Source: Acidimicrobiia bacterium (GTDB taxonomy: Bacteria; Actinomycetota; Acidimicrobiia; Spongiisociales; ZC4RG35). From it: a stretch of 64,000 nucleotides of DNA. Position numbers and translations under genes: made by a program. The notes beneath the pieces were generated by a model that was not told where the DNA came from, ran no database searches, and saw nothing but the letters and a program-made list of their open reading frames with translations. Location of the stretch: NCBI GenBank assembly GCA_036556665.1, contig DATBIX010000029.1, positions 6,429-70,428 of the forward strand. The letters run 5' to 3'. Shown in pieces: positions 58,575 through 64,000 of this stretch; positions within the stretch are counted from its first letter, which is position 1; every line of letters begins with the position of its first letter.

Positions 58575-59006
58575 TCAATCGGCGCAATTGGCGCACAGGC
58601 CGGAAAGGGCGAAATGACTGGCGTCGAGACGGAAGCCAGTCGACTCCTCGATCGACCCGGCCAGCTTCCTCGTCTCCTCGTCGGGCAGGGTGAGTGTCGC
58701 ACCGCATTTGATGCAGATGAGATGTTGGTGGCCAGAGTCCTCCGACAGGTGGTACACCGACGGCCCGTGGCCGAGATGTGAGTGCGTGAGCAGGCCCGCG
58801 CCCTCCAGGGCGTCGAGGGTCCGGTAGACCGTGGACCGGTCGAGCCGTGTCCCGGATTGGGCTCGTGCCCGGTCGTAGATGTCCGCGGCGGTGAGGTGCT
58901 CGTCATGGGCGGCGGCGATCACCTCACACACGGCGCGTCGAGCCCTGGTGATCCGGTAGCCGTCGCGGCTCAGTGTGTCGATCAGCGTCCCCGCCGTGAT
59001 GTGCAC
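58575..59006 (-). CDS. nur: Fur family regulator, Nur (nickel uptake regulator)-like
   Basis: STVYRTL, THSHLGHG..VYHL, HLICIKC, HFA..G.C..C; GTG 59006. Confidence 0.8.
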   Translation of the reverse strand: MHITAGTLIDTLSRDGYRITRARRAVCEVIAAAHDEHLTAADIYDRARAQSGTRLDRSTVYRTLDALEGAGLLTHSHLGHGPSVYHLSEDSGHQHLICIKCGATLTLPDEETRKLAGSIEESTGFRLDASHFALSGLCANCAD

Positions 59007-59061
59007 CGACTCCAGGGTATGCCCCGATCGGGAGCGGCGCCGCCGGTTAGCTTCGGGGATC

Positions 59062-59862
59062 ATGCCGATCGCCCTCGTCACCGGGCCAGGTTCCGGTATT
59101 GGAAGGGCCACCGCCCTGGAACTGGCGATCGAGGGTTATCACGTGGTGGCGGCCGGGCGATCCCCTGAGAGAATCGAGCTCGTGATCGGCGCCATCGAAA
59201 GGTCTGGTGGCACGGCCGAGTTCCTCGGGCTCGATCTCTCGTCGCTTGCATCAGTTCGGTCCGCCGTCGCTCGATTCCTCGACTCGGGGCGGAACCTCGA
59301 CGTGCTGGTCAACAACGCCGGGATCGGGATCAACCGACGGGGTTTGACCGACGACGGTTTCGAGGTGCATTTCGGGATCAACCACCTCGGGCACCACCTC
59401 CTCACCACCGGACTGAGCGCAGCCTTCCACCCCGGGACCAGAGTCGTGTCCCTGGCCAGCGCGGTCCACTTCCGTGCCAGGGGAATCGACTTCGATGCGG
59501 TGAGAAGGCCGATCCGAGGGATCGGTTACGACGCCTACGCCGTCTCCAAGCTGGCCAATGTCCTCTTCATCAGGGAACTGGGCCGTAGGCACCCCGAATG
59601 GGATTCATACGCGGTGCACCCAGGTCTGGTCGACACCCCCCTCATTCCCCGCTGGGTGAGGCTGTTCACCCGATCCTCGATGCTCACCCCCGAGCAGGGG
59701 GCGGACACCGTGGTGTGGTGCGCCACCTCCGATGAAGCGAGCGGCCAGACCGGCCACTACTACCAACGCCGCCAGGTCACGACACCCTCCTTGCCCGCCC
59801 AGGACGACCAACTCGCCCTCCAGCTCTGGGAGCGATCCGAGCAGTGGTGCCTGCAGCCGTGA
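59062..59862 (+). CDS. SDR family oxidoreductase (retinol dehydrogenase-like)
   Basis: VTGPGSGIG, NNAG, NHLGH, YAVSK, VHPG. Confidence 0.9.
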   Translation: MPIALVTGPGSGIGRATALELAIEGYHVVAAGRSPERIELVIGAIERSGGTAEFLGLDLSSLASVRSAVARFLDSGRNLDVLVNNAGIGINRRGLTDDGFEVHFGINHLGHHLLTTGLSAAFHPGTRVVSLASAVHFRARGIDFDAVRRPIRGIGYDAYAVSKLANVLFIRELGRRHPEWDSYAVHPGLVDTPLIPRWVRLFTRSSMLTPEQGADTVVWCATSDEASGQTGHYYQRRQVTTPSLPAQDDQLALQLWERSEQWCLQP

Positions 59863-59893
59863 CACACGCCATGCACGCCGACAATTAGCGTCA

Positions 59894-60982
59894 ATGGTGA
59901 TGGACCAGGACCTGTACTACGGAAGCTATCTCCAGCTGGACAAGCTGCTCGACGCACAGGAACTGGAGAGCGCCCGGAAGGGGCGAGCGGTCCACGACGA
60001 GATGCTCTTCATCGTCGTTCATCAGGCGTACGAGCTCTGGTTCAAGCAGATCCTCTGGGAGATCGACGAGGTGCGACGCATCTTCGGCCAGGAGACGGTC
60101 GACGACGCCGACATGGGCACCGTCGTCTCCCTGCTCCGCCGCATCACCGAGATCCAGAAGCTGCTCATCCAGCAGGTCTCGGTGCTGGAGACCATGACCC
60201 CGCTCGACTTCCTCGACTTCAGGGACTATCTGTTCCCCGCCTCCGGGTTCCAATCGGCCCAGTTCCGGCTGGTCGAGAACAGGCTGGGGCTGAGGGCGCA
60301 GGACCGGATGAAGCTGGGGGGCGCCCCCTACACCGCCCGGTTCAGCGCCGAGGACCGGGCCAGGGTGGTGGAGACCGAGTCCGGGCCGTCGCTATTCGAT
60401 CTCGTCGAGCGATGGCTGGAGCGAACCCCCTTCCTCGACCACGGGGACTTCAGCTTCCGGGAGGCTTTCCAGCAAGCGGTCAAGACCAGACTCGAAGCCG
60501 ATCGGGAGGTGGTGCGGACCAATCCACGTCTCACCGAGGAGGAGCGGGAGGCGCAGCTCAAGGAGTTCGTGAGCACGATGGAGCAATACGAGGCCATCTT
60601 CGACCCCGCCCTCCACGGCGAGCAGCAGGCGGCCGGGAGACGCCGTCTCTCCCATCGCGCCTTCCAGGCGGCACTGTTCATCACTCTGTACCGCGACCAG
60701 CCGGCTCTTCAGGAGCCGTTCCGGCTGCTCGAGCTTCTCATGGACGTCGACGAGGGCTTCACCTCATGGCGCTACCGGCATGCCCAGATGGCGCTGCGCA
60801 TGATCGGGCGGAGGATTGGCACCGGGGGCTCGGCAGGCGCCAAGTACCTGGAGAGGTCGGCGGAGCGAAGCCGCATCTTCGGCGACCTGTACGACCTCTC
60901 GACCTTCCTCATCCCGAGGGCCGACCGGCCCCCTCTGCCCCAGGGCATCGTCGAGTCGATGCGATTCAAGTACGAGGGATGA
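59894..60982 (+). CDS. kynA: tryptophan 2,3-dioxygenase, long (eukaryote-like) form
   Basis: YGSYLQL, HDEMLFIVVHQAYELWFKQ, SGFQS, WRYRH, GTGGSAG. Confidence 0.92.
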   Translation: MVMDQDLYYGSYLQLDKLLDAQELESARKGRAVHDEMLFIVVHQAYELWFKQILWEIDEVRRIFGQETVDDADMGTVVSLLRRITEIQKLLIQQVSVLETMTPLDFLDFRDYLFPASGFQSAQFRLVENRLGLRAQDRMKLGGAPYTARFSAEDRARVVETESGPSLFDLVERWLERTPFLDHGDFSFREAFQQAVKTRLEADREVVRTNPRLTEEEREAQLKEFVSTMEQYEAIFDPALHGEQQAAGRRRLSHRAFQAALFITLYRDQPALQEPFRLLELLMDVDEGFTSWRYRHAQMALRMIGRRIGTGGSAGAKYLERSAERSRIFGDLYDLSTFLIPRADRPPLPQGIVESMRFKYEG

Positions 60983-62112
60983 ACCTCAAAGAGGGCTTCT
61001 CCCGATTCCTTGCCGCGAGACCGGGCCGTCTGCACTTCGCGGCTCATTCGCATCATCCCTGGCCAGACGTCAGCTTCGGAGCCCAGCAGCAGGCCTGGCT
61101 GGATGCGACCGAGCGAGTTGACGACAAGTGGGACCACGTGCTCGGGACGGTGGTCCCCTCGGCTGCTTCGGGTGTGGCACGGATCTTGGGCCTGTCCGAT
61201 CCGGGCACCATCACCTTCGGGCCGAACACCCACGGTTTCCTCATGCGGATCTTCTCCTGTCTCGAGCCCCCGGTGCGGGTGCTCACCAGCGACGCCGAGT
61301 TCCACTCCTTCACCAGGCAGTCGAGGCGATGGGAGGAGGCCGGTCTCGCCATCGTCGACCGGATCCAATCCGAGCCGTTCGACACCTTCGCCGAGCGATT
61401 CACCCGGGAAGCGAGGGCGGGCGTCCACGACCTGATCTACCTGAGCCAGGTGTTCTACGACTCGGGCTTCGTGGTACCCGACCTGGACCGTGTGGTGTCG
61501 TCGGCCCCGGAGGACCGGACCTTCATCGTGATCGACGGCTATCACGGCTTCATGGCCATACCCACCCACCTCGGTGCCGTGCAGGATCGGGTCTTCTACC
61601 TGGCGGGCGGGTACAAGTACGCCATGGCCGGCGAGGGTGCCTGTTTCCTCCATTGCCCGCCCGGATACGGTCCGCGACCGATCGACACCGGCTGGTATGC
61701 CGGATTCGGGCAGTTGGAGACAGGGGTCGGAGCGGAGATCTCATACCGGGAGGACGGGAGCCGGTTCGCCGGCGCCACCTATGACCCATCCGGGGTCTAC
61801 CGGTTGGATGCCGTGCTCCGCTGGCTCGACGAGGTGGGAATGACCGTGCCGGCGATCCACGCCCATGCCGTCTCGCTGCAGGAGCGGTTCTTGGCCGCCG
61901 ACGCGATGCCGGGCGAGCTGCTCCCACCGGCCCGACACGACCGAGGCAATTTCATCACCTTCCGCTCCGATACGGCAGGCGACACCTACCGCGCCCTCCA
62001 CGACCGGGGGGTGATCACCGACTACCGGGGCGACCGTCTCCGCTTCGGCTTCGGGATATACCAGGACGAGGGAGACGTCGAGCGGCTGCTCGCCATCCTG
62101 GCCGGTATCTGA
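60979..62112 (+). CDS. PLP-dependent class V enzyme, kynureninase/PvdN-like (AAHSHH type)
   Basis: HFAAHSHH, IDGYH, GGYKYAMAGEG, GATYDPS; ATGA overlap with TDO. Confidence 0.75.
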   Translation: MNLKEGFSRFLAARPGRLHFAAHSHHPWPDVSFGAQQQAWLDATERVDDKWDHVLGTVVPSAASGVARILGLSDPGTITFGPNTHGFLMRIFSCLEPPVRVLTSDAEFHSFTRQSRRWEEAGLAIVDRIQSEPFDTFAERFTREARAGVHDLIYLSQVFYDSGFVVPDLDRVVSSAPEDRTFIVIDGYHGFMAIPTHLGAVQDRVFYLAGGYKYAMAGEGACFLHCPPGYGPRPIDTGWYAGFGQLETGVGAEISYREDGSRFAGATYDPSGVYRLDAVLRWLDEVGMTVPAIHAHAVSLQERFLAADAMPGELLPPARHDRGNFITFRSDTAGDTYRALHDRGVITDYRGDRLRFGFGIYQDEGDVERLLAILAGI

Positions 62113-62142
62113 CCGGCCAGGATGGGTGAGGGAGCCAGTTAC

Positions 62143-62235
62143 TCAGTCCTCGTCGTTGCGGTTGATCAGCCGCTTGGGCAGAACCACGAATGCAACGAAC
62201 ATCGCAATGAAAGCGCCTATCGCCACGAACTCCAT
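62143..62235 (-). CDS. small single-TM protein (30 aa) downstream of amt
   Basis: MEFVAIGAFIAMFVAFVVLPKRLINRNDED*; RBS AAGGAGAGG; absent from supplied ORF track (below length cut-off). Confidence 0.65.
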   Translation of the reverse strand: MEFVAIGAFIAMFVAFVVLPKRLINRNDED

Positions 62236-62256
62236 GACCGCCTCTCCTTTCCTTGC

Positions 62257-63606
62257 CTATCGCGGGCTCTCGGACAACTCCAAGACATATCCGGGCTGGG
62301 TGAACTCGGTGGCGTCGACACCGGCCTCCTCGTCCTCGGCGGAGACCCTGAGGCCGATGGTGCGCTTGATGAAGCCGAACACCACCACCGAGGCAAGACC
62401 GGTCCAGGCCACTACGGTGACCATCGAGACCAGTTGGGCGACGAAGGTGTCGGTCCCACCGGCGATCAGACCGGCGACATCGAGGTACTCACCGTTGGCG
62501 AAGATCCCCAACGCCAGCAGCCCCCAGAGTCCCCCGAGGCCATGGCAGGCGATGGCCCACACCGGATCGTCGACCTTCAGCCTCTTCTCGATGAATGCTG
62601 CGCCGAAGATGACCAGTGCCCCGCCGATCCCACCTATGACCACTGCGGCCCAGTAATCCACGAAGGCACAGGGGGCCGTGATGGCGACCAGACCGCCGAT
62701 GATCCCGGAGCAGGTGGCTGCGATGTCCGCCTTGCCGGTTCTCACCAACTGGATGTAGTAGGCAACCAGGCCAGCGGCGATGCCGGCCAGGAAGGTGTTG
62801 ACCGCGATCACCGCGATCTGGGGGTCGTTTCCGTTGAGCGTGGAGCCGGGGTTGAAGCCGAACCAGCCGACGAAGAGGATCATCGTGCCCAGGACGACGT
62901 ATCCCATGTTGTGACCGGGGATGGATCGAGGCTTGCCATCCGGGTCGAACTTGTCCCTGCGGGGGCCCACCATCCTGGCTCCCACGAAGGCGGCCACCCC
63001 ACCCACCGCGTGCACCACGCCGGAACCGGCGAAGTCCCATGCACCCAACTCGGCCAGCCATCCACCGCCCCACACCCAATGGCCGTAGATCGGGTAGATG
63101 AGGGCTGAGATCAGGAACGAGTACGCCATGTACGAGTCGAGCCGGGTCCGCTCGGCGAGCGCGCCGGAGACGATGGTGGCGGCAGTGGCGGCGAACACCA
63201 TCTGGAAGAACCAGAGCAGGGCGGTGTCGGCCGTCCCGTAGTCGCCGGAGAGGAAGAAGCCCTCGGTGCCGAAGAACTGGTTGCCCGGTCCGAACATGAG
63301 GGCGAAACCGAAGGCCCAGAAGGCGAGCCCGCACATGCAGAAGTCCATCAGGTTCTTCATGAACACGGAGCCGGCGTTCCGGGATCGGGTCGAACCGGCC
63401 TCGAGCAGGGCGAAACCGGCCTGCATGAAGAAGACGAGGACCGCGGCGACCATCACCCAGACGAAGTCGACCGCCGAGGCAACACTCTCGACCGTGGGGC
63501 CCTCCTGTCCCAGAGCCATTCCGCCCGGCACCATCCCGATCACCAACAGCACCAACGCCACCCAGAGCCGCCGCTGCCGCACCCAACGCCTCAAAACACC
63601 CGCCAT
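62257..63606 (-). CDS. amtB: ammonium transporter
   Basis: FFMQAGF, FQMVFAATAATIVSGA, DFAGSGVVH, GWFGFN, DDP...H (twin His). Confidence 0.95.
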   Translation of the reverse strand: MAGVLRRWVRQRRLWVALVLLVIGMVPGGMALGQEGPTVESVASAVDFVWVMVAAVLVFFMQAGFALLEAGSTRSRNAGSVFMKNLMDFCMCGLAFWAFGFALMFGPGNQFFGTEGFFLSGDYGTADTALLWFFQMVFAATAATIVSGALAERTRLDSYMAYSFLISALIYPIYGHWVWGGGWLAELGAWDFAGSGVVHAVGGVAAFVGARMVGPRRDKFDPDGKPRSIPGHNMGYVVLGTMILFVGWFGFNPGSTLNGNDPQIAVIAVNTFLAGIAAGLVAYYIQLVRTGKADIAATCSGIIGGLVAITAPCAFVDYWAAVVIGGIGGALVIFGAAFIEKRLKVDDPVWAIACHGLGGLWGLLALGIFANGEYLDVAGLIAGGTDTFVAQLVSMVTVVAWTGLASVVVFGFIKRTIGLRVSAEDEEAGVDATEFTQPGYVLELSESPR

Positions 63607-63673
63607 ACCTTCGCAGTCTCCTGAATCGCGTTGCCTGGTACCTCCAGGATGGGCAAGAGGTTTCCGCGCGAAT

Positions 63674-63700
63674 GTTTCGAGGCTGTTTCGCGTTAGTTGC
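63674..63700 (-). promoter_or_regulatory. GlnR-like box upstream of amt
   Basis: Minus strand GCAAC-n6-GAAAC-n6-GAAAC, plus another GAAAC at 63664-63660. Confidence 0.6.
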
Positions 63701-63714
63701 GAGTTGACGATCGG

Positions 63715-64000
63715 TCAGGAACCGGGGACGACGGCGACACAGACCAGTTCGACGAGTGCCCGCTCGTCGAAGAGCCGCTCGACTCCGATCAGCGCCATGG
63801 CTGGGAAGTGCCGTCCGAACACGGCGCGATAGGCCGCACCGATCGGGCCCAGGTTGGCCCGATAACCATCGACGTCGGTGGTGTAGATGGTCATCGAGAT
63901 CAGGTCCGACGGCTCCCCACCCGCATTCCCGATCACACGCGCCACCGAGCGGCAGGCCTGGGCGAACTGGTCGACCAGGCTTGGGTCGATGGTGAGATCC
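63715..64000 (-). CDS. RidA/YjgF family protein (C-terminal part; starts outside window)
   Basis: DQFAQAC, TIYTTD, FPAMALIGV, LVELVCVA. Confidence 0.85.
   Translation of the reverse strand, partial: DLTIDPSLVDQFAQACRSVARVIGNAGGEPSDLISMTIYTTDVDGYRANLGPIGAAYRAVFGRHFPAMALIGVERLFDERALVELVCVAVVPGS

Overview
High-GC (about two-thirds G+C by eye) bacterial chromosomal window, gene-dense, with actinobacterial hallmarks (F420-dependent DDN-family genes, DUF1918, a Nur-like Fur protein, GlnR-, DosR- and ECF42-like sites). An Acidimicrobiia-like host is an inference. I saw no rRNA, tRNA, CRISPR array, transposase or prophage structural gene. Main blocks: (1) ~3-26 kb, a low-oxygen/NO-type island (hemerythrin-like, Rrf2-nirK-P2A ATPase, MgtE, ADH, divergent OTC, amino acid antiporter, ArcE/cDPGS-like enzyme, Hsp20, Na/K-ATPase-like pump with two RCK proteins, GT4/six-hairpin/GH130 triad, DUF1918, FadD). 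Its promoters share a GGGNC-N4-GNCCC-type DosR-like box, usually 23-24 nt before an NAnnnT -10. (2) 27-35 kb, a group 3b [NiFe]-hydrogenase operon with unusual accessories. (3) modABC with a divergent PadR gene and a long palindrome. (4) ~39-54 kb, an uncharacterised module around a MalT-like LuxR regulator, with four copies of ATCRYCC-N5-GGRYGAW. (5) Nur-nikMNQO nickel uptake. (6) long-form tryptophan 2,3-dioxygenase plus a kynureninase-like PLP enzyme. (7) amt under a GlnR-like box, followed by an unlisted 30-aa membrane peptide. All product names come from motif recognition and recall; no database search was run.
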